64,000 bases of DNA. Source: an uncultured Chloroflexia bacterium. Its GTDB lineage: Bacteria > Chloroflexota > Anaerolineae > JAAYZQ01. Shown one piece after another: positions 17,933-27,430 of this stretch. The position numbers and the translations under genes were made by a program. The stretch lies in the NCBI GenBank assembly GCA_963700285.1, contig CAVOXA010000010.1:448001-512000 (forward strand), written 5' to 3'. Within the stretch, counting starts at the first letter, position 1. Each line of letters begins with the position of its first letter. The notes below the pieces were generated by a model that made no database searches, was not told the origin of the DNA, and saw nothing but the letters and a program-made list of their open reading frames with translations.

Positions 17933-18924
17933 AGTTTTTACAGGTAGGCCTGGGTTCCATGGGCAAGCGGCGCATTCGCTGCGTGCACGACCTGCGCGCG
18001 GGGGAGGTGATCGGCTTTGATCTGCGGGCCGATCGCCGTGAGGAAGCGGAGCGCCTGTACGGCATCCGCACGGTGCAAGACTTTGAGGCGGGCCTGGCGA
18101 CCGAGCCGGACGCTGTCATCATCTCCACCCCGCCCAACCAGCACGTCGAATACGGGCTGGCGGCGCTGGCCGCGGGCAAGCCGTTCTTTGCCGAAGAGAC
18201 GATCATGCTCGACCCGGGGGCGCTGGATCCGCTCATCGCCGCTGCTGAGACGAGCGGCTTACTCGCTGCCCCCAGTTGTACCATGCGTTCCCACCCAGCC
18301 ATCAAGCAGATCAAAAAAGTTCTCGAAAGCGGGGAAATCGGCCAGCCGTGGAACTTTAACGCCCACTGTGTAAGCTACCTGCCCGGCTGGCATCCCTGGG
18401 AGCGTGTCCAGGATTTCTACGTCCGCAGCCGGGTCAGCGGCGGCGGGCGGGAGATGGTGGCTTTCGAGCTGGACTGGCTGGAATGGCTTTTTGGACCGGT
18501 GACGTCTGTGGCTGCCGATATCGGCAAGAGATCGGACCTTCCTGCCGATATCGACGACACCTTCCAGATGTTGTGGCACTTTGCCGGGGGGCTGCCCGGC
18601 AGCCAGACCGTCAGTGTGGCCTACCACGTGCCGGGGCGGGGAATAGAGATCAGCGCTAGCGAGGGACAGATCATTTGGAACGGCCGCATCCACCAGGTTG
18701 CCGTCTATACCGCCGGCGACGGCAAGTGGCGGCGGTACATGGAAACGGACAGCTTGGTTTTTGGCTACGACCGCATGTACATCGAGGAGCTGGCTCACTT
18801 TGTCCGGGCCTTGCAGGGCCAAGAGAGCTATGGGCGCAGTTTTCGCGACGCGCAGCGGATGCTCCAGGTGTTGCGCGTAGTGGAGCGCAGCGCCAGCGAG
18901 GGTCGGCGGCTATTGTTGGCCTGA
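17929..18924 (+). CDS. Gfo/Idh/MocA family oxidoreductase
   Basis: 331 aa: VGLGSMGKRR, PDAVIISTPP..H, YLPGWHPWE, GGGRE. Confidence 0.85.
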   Translation: MKFLQVGLGSMGKRRIRCVHDLRAGEVIGFDLRADRREEAERLYGIRTVQDFEAGLATEPDAVIISTPPNQHVEYGLAALAAGKPFFAEETIMLDPGALDPLIAAAETSGLLAAPSCTMRSHPAIKQIKKVLESGEIGQPWNFNAHCVSYLPGWHPWERVQDFYVRSRVSGGGREMVAFELDWLEWLFGPVTSVAADIGKRSDLPADIDDTFQMLWHFAGGLPGSQTVSVAYHVPGRGIEISASEGQIIWNGRIHQVAVYTAGDGKWRRYMETDSLVFGYDRMYIEELAHFVRALQGQESYGRSFRDAQRMLQVLRVVERSASEGRRLLLA

Positions 18925-19060
18925 GCGAGGGTTGCACGCGCATTCTGGATCGAGCAGCGTCGAGGATAGCGCTAGTTGGCAGAAGATTCGATGCTCATCG
19001 AAGCTGTACCTCAGGGGGACTGACAGGGTGGGGGGGATTGCCCAGGCAAAGAGACAGGCC

Positions 19061-19248
19061 GTGTTGGTTCAGAGTGCGGGGTACCGCATCCACGAACACT
19101 ATGAAACAAGGAGAGTTCCACGATGAACAGGTTGACTGTCAGCGAAGTGGAGCAAATCCAACGAGCGACCGAAGATCTGCTGGAAAACGTCGGTGTGCAG
19201 GTGATGCACGATGGGCTGCTGCAACGCGCCCGGGCCGGGGGGGCGCAG
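19061..19248 (+). repeat. 188-bp imperfect direct repeat, copy 2
   Basis: Aligns without gaps to 17658-17845. Confidence 0.85.
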
Positions 19249-20526
19249 GTGGACGAGGCCAGCGGCGTGGTGCGCCTGCCGGCGGCGCTGTTGCGGGAGT
19301 TGCTAGCCCATGCGCCGGCGCAGTACCAAATCTCCGACCTGTTTGGCAACGAGTTTACCGTTGGTGGCGAACAGAGCGGTTGTCTGGCCATTGTTACTGA
19401 CCCGTGGATCATTGATTTTGCGACGCAGCGGCCGCGCCGGCCCTGCCTGGAGGACCTACGACGGCACACCATCATCGCCCAGAAACTGGAATCGGTGGTG
19501 GCTGTCAGTTGCATGGACTACCCTGTCACCGATGTGGAAGGGCCTACCTCCAACCTGCGTGCATTTCAAGAGCATCTGACTCACTATAGCAAGCACATCT
19601 ACATCCTGCCCACATCGGTGGAGAGTTTTGAGCGCTGGCTGGCGATCGGCGAGGTTCTGACCCAGGAGAGAGAACTGATCGGGAGCAGGCTCTTTACCAT
19701 CGGCATTCCAGTGCTTTCGCCACTGCGACTCACCGAAGCCAACGCCGAGCTGCTGATCAGGTCCTGCGCCTACGATTTTCCCATCGTGTCCACCGTCTGC
19801 CCCATGGCCGGGACGACCGGGCCCTACAACCAGATGGGAACACTGCTGTTGGGCAACGCCGAGAACGCCTTTCTGGCAGCCATGACGCAGATCGTCCGGC
19901 CCGACCAGCCATACCTCTACGCCCAGGGTCCTTCGCGGACCGAGATGAAGTCGGGCGACGACATGTATTACACCCTGGACAAGGTGCTCTGGAAACTTGG
20001 GGCTGCACAACTGGGCCAGGCCTACAACCTGCCGGTGTCCTCAGAGTGCGGCGGCACAATGACCTACCGCTACGACCAGCAGAACGGTGCCGAAGGGATG
20101 CTCTTTATGCTGGCGGCCTGTGAGTCAGGGGCAACTCTCCTGGCCGGGATCGGTTCCTGCTACAACGCCGTCGGCATGTCGGCAGAGATGATGGTCATCC
20201 AGACAGCCTGGCTGGAAGCAGCCAGGTTCCTGGATCGAGGCATAGACAGTGAGGGGTTGGGCCCGGCGCTGGACAGCATCAAGCGGGTCGGCCCGGGCGG
20301 ACACTATCTGGCCGACGAGCTGACACTCAAAACCCTGCGCACCGGTGAGTTCTTTGAGCAGGAGATCTTTGATCACACCGGCGCCTACGGACCCTACCCC
20401 TCCATGCTGGAACGAGCTCACGCGAAAGTGGAGCAGATGGTGTCCGGCTTTGAGAGTCCCCTGCCTGGCCAGGTCCAGGAGGATCTGAGGCGCCATTTTC
20501 ACGATCTGTACGAGAAGCTGGGGTAG
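19123..20526 (+). CDS. Trimethylamine methyltransferase (MttB) family protein, non-pyrrolysine
   Basis: 467 aa: I.RATEDLLENVGV, SPLRL, PMAGTTGP, DQQNGAE, I.RVGPGGHYL; no in-frame TAG. Confidence 0.85.
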   Translation: MNRLTVSEVEQIQRATEDLLENVGVQVMHDGLLQRARAGGAQVDEASGVVRLPAALLRELLAHAPAQYQISDLFGNEFTVGGEQSGCLAIVTDPWIIDFATQRPRRPCLEDLRRHTIIAQKLESVVAVSCMDYPVTDVEGPTSNLRAFQEHLTHYSKHIYILPTSVESFERWLAIGEVLTQERELIGSRLFTIGIPVLSPLRLTEANAELLIRSCAYDFPIVSTVCPMAGTTGPYNQMGTLLLGNAENAFLAAMTQIVRPDQPYLYAQGPSRTEMKSGDDMYYTLDKVLWKLGAAQLGQAYNLPVSSECGGTMTYRYDQQNGAEGMLFMLAACESGATLLAGIGSCYNAVGMSAEMMVIQTAWLEAARFLDRGIDSEGLGPALDSIKRVGPGGHYLADELTLKTLRTGEFFEQEIFDHTGAYGPYPSMLERAHAKVEQMVSGFESPLPGQVQEDLRRHFHDLYEKLG

Positions 20527-20610
20527 AAGCGAGCGCGGCGAGGCATTGCCAGGAACGAGGACATGGAATGATGCCTGGCCAGAGGCAAGGCAGTTTCTTG
20601 GCCGCAGGTT

Positions 20611-20631
20611 GGGCAAGTTGGCAACTTGCCC
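20611..20631. repeat. REP-like palindrome
   Basis: Perfect 10-bp inverted repeat gggcaagttg-g-caacttgccc, same family as 1558-1578. Confidence 0.6.
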
Positions 20632-20663
20632 CGCTATTGGAGTTAAGGAGCGAGGGGATAACC

Positions 20664-21443
20664 ATGGGTGTATTGGAGAGTTTTTCTTTGGCTGGGCGAG
20701 TGGCGGTCGTGACAGGCGGAGCCGGGCTCTATGGGCGGCAGATCGTCGAGGCGCTGGCCGAGGCCGGGGCCTATGTCTTTGCGGCGAGCCGCAACCTCGG
20801 CGCTCTGGAGGAGCTAGCTTCCGAATTGGGCAAGAGGGGCTTGCAGGTGGAGGCCCGCCAGTTGGACCTGGCGAGCGAAGAATCGATTCTCGCCTTGTGC
20901 GATGCGATGATGGGGCAGATGGGCCGGGTGGACATCCTGGTCAACAACGCGGTGCTGCGCCCCATGCGCAGCCACGACGCACCCAAGGAGCAGTGGGAGC
21001 AGAGCATGGCGGTCAATGCCACCGGCCTGTTCCTGATCAGCCGCGCCTTTGGCCAGCTCATGGCCGGGGCTGGCCGGGGGAGCATCGTCAACATCGGCTC
21101 CATCCAGGGCATGATCGGGCCTGATGATTGGCTCTACGAAGAGGTGCCGTGGACCGGATTCATCCCCGACTATTTCTTCCACAAGGGTGGCATGCTCAAC
21201 CTGACGCGCTACATGGCCGCAGTTCTAGGCCCCAAGGGCGTCCGGGTGAACACCCTCAGTCCCGGCGGCTTTTTCAATAACCAGGGCGAGGGGTTTGTGT
21301 GGCGCTACGAGCGTCGCACTTTCCTGGACCGCATGGCCGACGAGACGGATCTCAAGGGAGCAGTTGTCTTTTTGGCCTCCGATGCCTCGGCCTATGTGAC
21401 CGGCGCTAATCTGGTCGTGGATGGTGGGTATACGGCCAAGTAG
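20664..21443 (+). CDS. Short-chain dehydrogenase/reductase (SDR)
   Basis: VTGGAGLYG, LVNNA, NIGSIQG, YFFHKGG (YxxxK), LVVDGG; start set at ATG 20664. Confidence 0.9.
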   Translation: MGVLESFSLAGRVAVVTGGAGLYGRQIVEALAEAGAYVFAASRNLGALEELASELGKRGLQVEARQLDLASEESILALCDAMMGQMGRVDILVNNAVLRPMRSHDAPKEQWEQSMAVNATGLFLISRAFGQLMAGAGRGSIVNIGSIQGMIGPDDWLYEEVPWTGFIPDYFFHKGGMLNLTRYMAAVLGPKGVRVNTLSPGGFFNNQGEGFVWRYERRTFLDRMADETDLKGAVVFLASDASAYVTGANLVVDGGYTAK

Positions 21444-21551
21444 CTACACACAAATCATGACTCGGCCGGAAGCCTGGGTCTGATGACAGATCTTCGCCCT
21501 TCCACGAGAAGAGAGTTCGCCCAGCTTGAGCCCGGCATGGTGAGAGAGAAA

Positions 21552-22484
21552 ATGGAAAAGAGTATCCTCGATCTTGGTTTTTCGCGGCTGGCCGTGGGCA
21601 CGGTACAGTTCGGCCTGCCCTACGGGGTCGCCAACCGGACCGGTCAGCCCTCCTTCAAACAGGTCTGTGAGATCCTGGCCTGCGCCGTCGAGAACGGGGC
21701 GACGACGTTGGATACCGCGGCAGCCTACGGCGAGAGCGAGTCGGTCCTGGGGCGGGCGCTGCGCGAGATCGGCGCCCTGGATCAAGTGACCATCGTCAGC
21801 AAAGTGCGCCACCTCAAGACCATGGGACAGGAACACACCCCGGAGAACATTGAGCGCTGGATCCGGGACTCTGTGACCTCGTCGCTGCAGAACCTGGGCA
21901 TCGACAGCCTGCCGGTATGCCTCTTTCACGATACCGTCGACGTGGCCCACATGGACGTGCTGCTCGCGCTCAAGCGAGAGGGATTGGTGCAACACGCAGG
22001 GGTATCGGTGGTCAGGCCTGACCAGATGGAGATGGTCCTCTCTACTCCAGGTATGGAAGCCATCCAGGTTCCCATGAACATGCTGGACCAGCGCATCCAG
22101 CGTTCGGGGGATCTGGCCAGGGCGGCGGAGGCCGGGATGGCGGTGTTCGTGCGCAGCATCTACTTGCAGGGCCTGCTGGTCATGCCCCTGGACGGGATCA
22201 TGCCGGCGCTGCACCAGGTCGTGCCTGTTCGCCAGGTACTGCAGCAGATCGCCGGCGATGCGGGCTTGACGATGCCCGAGATGGCCCTGCGCTATGGCCT
22301 GTCCCTGCCCGGGGTGACCAGCATATTGACCGGCGTGGAAACCGTGGAGCAGATGGAGGCCAACGCCAAGATCGCCACCCGGGGCCCTCTGCCACCGGAG
22401 GTCGTCAGCGCAGTCGACGGGGCTGTGCCTGATCTGTCAGACACCATCGTTCTCTCACCCTGGCTGTGGCCGGGGTCGATGTGA
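21552..22484 (+). CDS. Aldo/keto reductase
   Basis: GTVQFGLPYGVAN, LDTAAAYGESE, IVSK, QVPMNMLD, RSIYLQGLL; start uncertain (21483-21552). Confidence 0.85.
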   Translation: MEKSILDLGFSRLAVGTVQFGLPYGVANRTGQPSFKQVCEILACAVENGATTLDTAAAYGESESVLGRALREIGALDQVTIVSKVRHLKTMGQEHTPENIERWIRDSVTSSLQNLGIDSLPVCLFHDTVDVAHMDVLLALKREGLVQHAGVSVVRPDQMEMVLSTPGMEAIQVPMNMLDQRIQRSGDLARAAEAGMAVFVRSIYLQGLLVMPLDGIMPALHQVVPVRQVLQQIAGDAGLTMPEMALRYGLSLPGVTSILTGVETVEQMEANAKIATRGPLPPEVVSAVDGAVPDLSDTIVLSPWLWPGSM

Positions 22485-22543
22485 GGTTGTCCTTATCGGC
22501 TACTGTTTGGAGCTGGCCAGGAACGAGCATCTCTTTGCAATAC

Positions 22544-22572
22544 TTGACATTGCGCATCGCCTGTGATATAAT
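22544..22572 (+). promoter_or_regulatory. Consensus sigma70 promoter with extended -10
   Basis: TTGACA (22544-49), 17-bp spacer, TGn, TATAAT (22567-72). Confidence 0.8.
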
Positions 22573-23043
22573 TCCCGGTGCCCATTGGGGAGGGAGCGTC
22601 CAGTTTATGGCAAGTCATGCTCATTGTTGCAAACATCATGGAACATTGCAGTCTCCCTTCCCTGCTCTTCTTTTCGCCCACTGATGATCTGATCGAGAAC
22701 GAGGGTGTCGTTTGTTTGGAGATGGCACCAAAGTCCGGTATCAAGGCCGGTCGTGCATATGCTAATGGGGCGCAATCCAGGACACTGCAGGAGCCAGAGG
22801 GGATCCCAGAAACGGCAGTCATCGTGCGTGGCGTAGCCTTGATCCGCAGGTACCTCACCCAAGCTCTTGGCGAGTAGGAAACCGTGCTAGCTATGGTCCA
22901 GTACTCCCCGGGAGAAGAACGTGGAAAGGAGGCGGAGGAAAACTGACAAGAGGGTGTCTCGTGGGTAAAGGGAGCGAACCATCACAAAAGCTCGCTCCGG
23001 CAGTTCTGATTTTGATCAACCAGACGAAAAAAGGGAGGAATAA

Positions 23044-24441
23044 ATGAAGAAGGTACTTGCGCTGTCCCTCGTATTGTTGATGCTATTGGTGCTGATCGCG
23101 GCCTGTGCGCCCTCGGAGCCACAGGTCGTCAAAGAGACCGTGGTGGTCGAAAAAGAGGTCGAAAAGGTCGTCGAGAAAGAGGTGGAGAAAGAAGTCGTGG
23201 TCACCGCCACCCCGGAACCCACGCCTTCCGAGCGCCCCCAGATGACCTTCTGGATGAACTACAACTTCCAGGAGGCCGTCAACGTTCTGGTCAAGAGCCA
23301 GGTACAGGAATGGGCCAAGGCCAACAACGTGGACGTCGACATCCTCATCGCCCCAGACACCGACCTGCACACCAAGTGGGCCGCCGGCATCGAAGCGCCG
23401 GAGACCCTGCCCGATGTCTCTACCATCTTTTACCAGTGGATGCCCAAGTTCTACGCCGCCGACCTGATGCTGGACGTGAGTGATGCATTTGAGGCGAGCA
23501 ATTCGCTGGCCGGCGGATTCTTCCCCGCAGCCAACGAGGTGGCCACCATTGACGGCAAGCAATACGGTGTCCCCTACATCGGTTCTGTGACCCCGGCCTA
23601 CTGGCGCACAGACAAGCTGGAAGCAGCCGGGCTAAGCGAGCCGCCCGCGACCTATGCCGAGATGAAGGATTGGTGCGAGAAGGTCAACGAGCCCGGGAAA
23701 TTCTGGTGCTATGGCCTCGGCCTTGGCGGGTACTCGGACAACGAAGTTCAGATGAGAAACCTCCTCTGGAGCTACGGCGCCAAGGTCACAGAAGAGGATG
23801 GCAAGACCATCGCCATCAACTCGCCCGAGACCCTCGAGGTACTCAACTGGCTCAAAGAGATGAACGACATGGGCTCCTTCCCACCCGATATGCTGGTCGC
23901 AGACGATGCCGGCAACAACAAGTACTACCAGACCGGTGTGGCCGGCGCAGTGGTCAACACCGGTAGCATTCTGGCCTGGATGCGCGAGAACGACGAGGAA
24001 CTTCTGAACAATACCGTGCTGGGCCCCAGCCCTGGCGGGCCGGCCGGAACGCACGCGGGTGGTGGCTTTGGTGCTGTGCTCGGCGCCTTTAGTACGACGG
24101 AGCACCCCGAGCTGGCAAAGAGCCTGATCGAATGGTTCACGCACCCCGATCGGGCCTGGGCCCGCGCCGAGGCGGTGAGTTTCGGCAACCTGCCCACCCA
24201 TGTGGATGCGGCCAAGGACCCGGTGTGGGAGGACCCCTACCTGAAGCCCTTTATCGAGCAGATCCAGTATGCGCACCCCGCCTGCTACCCTGGCCCCGCC
24301 AGTGTGGCCTGTGCCGAGGTGCAGAGCCAATTGGTACTGAGCCGCATGGCGCAGCGGGTGATCGATGGCAGCCAAACCCCAGAGGAATCGATGGCACAGG
24401 CTGAAGAAGAGATCATCAAGATCTACGAAGACAACCCGTAA
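23044..24441 (+). CDS. Sugar ABC transporter substrate-binding lipoprotein (family 1)
   Basis: Lipobox IAAC, VEKEV repeats, DGKQYGVPY, YWRTDKL, AINSPE. Confidence 0.9.
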   Translation: MKKVLALSLVLLMLLVLIAACAPSEPQVVKETVVVEKEVEKVVEKEVEKEVVVTATPEPTPSERPQMTFWMNYNFQEAVNVLVKSQVQEWAKANNVDVDILIAPDTDLHTKWAAGIEAPETLPDVSTIFYQWMPKFYAADLMLDVSDAFEASNSLAGGFFPAANEVATIDGKQYGVPYIGSVTPAYWRTDKLEAAGLSEPPATYAEMKDWCEKVNEPGKFWCYGLGLGGYSDNEVQMRNLLWSYGAKVTEEDGKTIAINSPETLEVLNWLKEMNDMGSFPPDMLVADDAGNNKYYQTGVAGAVVNTGSILAWMRENDEELLNNTVLGPSPGGPAGTHAGGGFGAVLGAFSTTEHPELAKSLIEWFTHPDRAWARAEAVSFGNLPTHVDAAKDPVWEDPYLKPFIEQIQYAHPACYPGPASVACAEVQSQLVLSRMAQRVIDGSQTPEESMAQAEEEIIKIYEDNP

Positions 24442-24472
24442 ACTCGGCAGAGAAATGAGATTCTGAGGCCAC

Positions 24473-24502
24473 GAGGGCGAGCACTCGCCAGTGCTCGCCC
24501 TC
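24473..24502 (+). terminator. Strong hairpin after binding-protein gene (stabiliser or partial terminator)
   Basis: Perfect 13-bp stem gagggcgagcact-cgcc-agtgctcgccctc with no U tract. Confidence 0.55.
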
Positions 24503-24612
24503 TGTGTGCCAGGCCCAGGGATGGCGGTGCTCCAGCCGGGACGCGGTCCCGGGCTCGAATGTCTAGCAACGGTTCATTGTTTGGAAGTAGCATGCAAGAG
24601 GCAGGAGGTGGT

Positions 24613-25542
24613 ATGCAGGAGGCAAACAGGCTCCCACAACCAAGGGAGGGGATTCCCCAGAAACTGCGTCGCATCTTTGGGAGGGATGCTGGCCTCGGCT
24701 ATCTGATGCTGGTGCCCCTGGTGATTTTTGTGATAGGCATGCTGGCCTATCCTTTTTTCTACGCCCTGTATCTCTCATTTACGAAAAAGATCCTGGGGCA
24801 AGCGCCCATATTCATCGGTCTGGCGAACTATATCGAACTGCTCACGCAAGATCTTCGCTTCCGCAAGGTCGCCTTCAACAGCATCATCTATGCCCTGTCG
24901 GCCGTGGCCCTCAAATTGGGCTTTGGCATGATCATGGCCCTCGTCTTGAACCAACCCATCCGGGCCCGGGGCTTTTTCCGGGGGCTGCTGTTGCTGCCCT
25001 GGGTCATGCCTACGGTCGTCACAGCACTGACCTGGAACTGGATCTTTGACGGTACTTTTGGCGTACTGAACCACATTCTGCTGAGCCTGCACCTTGTCAG
25101 CGCGCCGATACCCTGGCTGGCCGACCGGACCATGGCCATGGTGGCCCTGATCCTGGTCAACGCCTGGCGCGGCTTCCCTTTCTTTGGGGTCAGCCTGCTG
25201 GCCGGGCTGCAGACCATTCCCCAGGAGCGGTACGAGGCAGCGGAGGTCGATGGGGCTTCTCTTTTCCAGCGTTTCCGCCATATCACGCTTCCCGGGCTGC
25301 GGGGGGTCATCATCGTCACCACGATGCTGTCCACCATCTGGACCTTCAACGACTTTGCGCTGCCCATGATCCTGACCCGTACCGGACCCAATGATGCCAC
25401 CAACATCTTTGGGACCTATACCTACCAGGTTGGCTTTATCGGCAGCCGGCTCGGCTACGGCATCGCGGCCACAGCGATCATGATGCCTTTCCTGTTTGCA
25501 CTTATCCTGTTTCTGAGCCCCATGATGTGGCGGGAGGAGTAG
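24613..25542 (+). CDS. Carbohydrate ABC transporter permease
   Basis: FIGLANY, LLLPWVMP, LQTIPQERYEAAEVDGA (EAA motif); ATG 24613 behind GGAGGTG. Confidence 0.9.
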   Translation: MQEANRLPQPREGIPQKLRRIFGRDAGLGYLMLVPLVIFVIGMLAYPFFYALYLSFTKKILGQAPIFIGLANYIELLTQDLRFRKVAFNSIIYALSAVALKLGFGMIMALVLNQPIRARGFFRGLLLLPWVMPTVVTALTWNWIFDGTFGVLNHILLSLHLVSAPIPWLADRTMAMVALILVNAWRGFPFFGVSLLAGLQTIPQERYEAAEVDGASLFQRFRHITLPGLRGVIIVTTMLSTIWTFNDFALPMILTRTGPNDATNIFGTYTYQVGFIGSRLGYGIAATAIMMPFLFALILFLSPMMWREE

Positions 25543-25546
25543 GGTC

Positions 25547-26392
25547 ATGATCAAGAGCCGAAAACTCCAACATCGCATCCAGATGGTTGTGACTTACTTT
25601 CTCCTCTTTGTTTATGTCATAGTGGTGCTTTTTCCACTCTATTGGGTCCTGCTCACCTCGGTGCGCACGCCCCGGCAGGTCTACAGCCCGGAAAGCATGC
25701 TCGTCCCCAACAATCCGACCCTGGCCAACTATGTGAAGCTGTTCTCGGGCACGCCCATGCCCAGTTGGATCCTGAACTCGATGATCGTGACTGGGGTGAC
25801 GACCTTTGCCAGCCTGCTCATCGCAATCTTTGCCGCCTATGCTCTGGCCCGTCTAAAGTTCCGAGGTGCTCAGACCCTGGGCAAATCTGTGCTGTTTATG
25901 TATCTGCTGCCCGCGACGTTGTTGTATATCCCTCTGTTCGTCCAGTTGAACAACATGCAGATCCTGAACACGCGGGCGGCGCTGTTTCTGACCTATCCCA
26001 CCTTCTTGCTACCATTCATTACCTGGCTGCTCTTTGGCTACTTTAAGAGCCTGCCCGAGGAGCTGGAGGATGCCGCGCGCATCGATGGTTGTTCACGATT
26101 CGGGGTCTTGTACAGGATCGTACTACCCCTGGCGGCGCCGGCCATCATTACGGCCGCGGTTTTTGGCATCACCAACGCCTGGAACGAGTTTCTCTATGCC
26201 CTGGTCTTTATCCAGAGCGACACCCTGTGGACCCTGCCCATCGGCATCCGGTCGTTCCAGCTGGCAGACACGATGTTGTGGGGCGTCACTATGGCCGCCG
26301 CGGTGTTGACTACCCTGCCCCCGATCATCGTCTACATGGTGATGGCCAAATACGTGGTAGGTGGTTTGACGGGCGGCGCTGTAAAAGGATAA
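25547..26392 (+). CDS. Carbohydrate ABC transporter permease
   Basis: LPEELEDAARIDGC, AWNEFLYA, GLTGGAVKG. Confidence 0.9.
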   Translation: MIKSRKLQHRIQMVVTYFLLFVYVIVVLFPLYWVLLTSVRTPRQVYSPESMLVPNNPTLANYVKLFSGTPMPSWILNSMIVTGVTTFASLLIAIFAAYALARLKFRGAQTLGKSVLFMYLLPATLLYIPLFVQLNNMQILNTRAALFLTYPTFLLPFITWLLFGYFKSLPEELEDAARIDGCSRFGVLYRIVLPLAAPAIITAAVFGITNAWNEFLYALVFIQSDTLWTLPIGIRSFQLADTMLWGVTMAAAVLTTLPPIIVYMVMAKYVVGGLTGGAVKG

Positions 26393-26408
26393 TCACGGAG
26401 GACTAACC

Positions 26409-27392
26409 ATGGATATGCGCGCAGTACAAATCGTTGCGCCAGGAAAAGCTGAATTCGTGACTACACTGAAACCGACACTGCAGCCAGGCCACGCATTGAT
26501 GCGCACGCTGCTTCTGTCACTATGCGGCAGCGACGTACACCTGCTGCACCACCTCCCCGCTGAGGAGTATCCACTGCAAGTCGGAACAACGGGCCACGAG
26601 GTGATCGCCGTGGTCGAAGCCATCGATGCGCCTGAGTCGGGCATCAAGGTTGGCGACGTGGCCCTGACCTTGGCACCTCCTCAGAATGCCATGGCCGAGT
26701 ACTATGTGGCGCCGGTAGAGGATGTGATGGTGCTGCCTGAGGGTCTGCCGCTGGAACATGGCCTGATGGCACAGCAACTGGGCACGGTGATCTATGCCTG
26801 CAAGCGCTTGCCCAACATCATGGGCCGGGATGCTGTTGTCATTGGGCAGGGTTCAGCGGGCCTGCACTTTAACGCCATGCTGCGGCGCATGGGCGCCGAG
26901 CGCGTGATCGGGCTGGACGTGAAGGATGCCCGGGTCGCGGCCGGCCTCAAGTTCGGCGCCACCCATACCCTGAACAACGCCCAGGTAAACGCGCTCGAGG
27001 CCGTAAAAGAGATCACCGATGGCAAACTGGCCGGTGTCGTGATCGAAGCCGCTGGTGAGGTCGAGAGCATCAACCTTACGCCCCACCTGGTACAGGTCGG
27101 AGGCAATCTGCTGTTCTTTGGTGTTCCGAGAGCCACTGACTTTGACTTTGATTTCTGGACGTTGTTCAGGAAATACTGCTACACGACAACTTCGGGGGCC
27201 TCGGCCTTTGAACCGGGGCGTACCTCCTTCAAGATGGCGCTGGATCTCATCACCAAGGGGGCCATCGACGTTACGCCGATGCTGACCCATCGCCTCGCCT
27301 TTGAGCAGGTCGTGGACGCCTACGAACTGGCCAGAACGAGGGACGATGGCGTCATCAAGATCGTCATCGAGATGCCAGGCTATTCGCCCTAG
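26409..27392 (+). CDS. Zinc-binding (MDR) dehydrogenase
   Basis: LCGSDVH, TGHE, VIGQGSAG. Confidence 0.85.
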   Translation: MDMRAVQIVAPGKAEFVTTLKPTLQPGHALMRTLLLSLCGSDVHLLHHLPAEEYPLQVGTTGHEVIAVVEAIDAPESGIKVGDVALTLAPPQNAMAEYYVAPVEDVMVLPEGLPLEHGLMAQQLGTVIYACKRLPNIMGRDAVVIGQGSAGLHFNAMLRRMGAERVIGLDVKDARVAAGLKFGATHTLNNAQVNALEAVKEITDGKLAGVVIEAAGEVESINLTPHLVQVGGNLLFFGVPRATDFDFDFWTLFRKYCYTTTSGASAFEPGRTSFKMALDLITKGAIDVTPMLTHRLAFEQVVDAYELARTRDDGVIKIVIEMPGYSP

Positions 27393-27430
27393 GCATCACC
27401 AACCACAAACGGTGGGGAGCCCGGAAGAAT

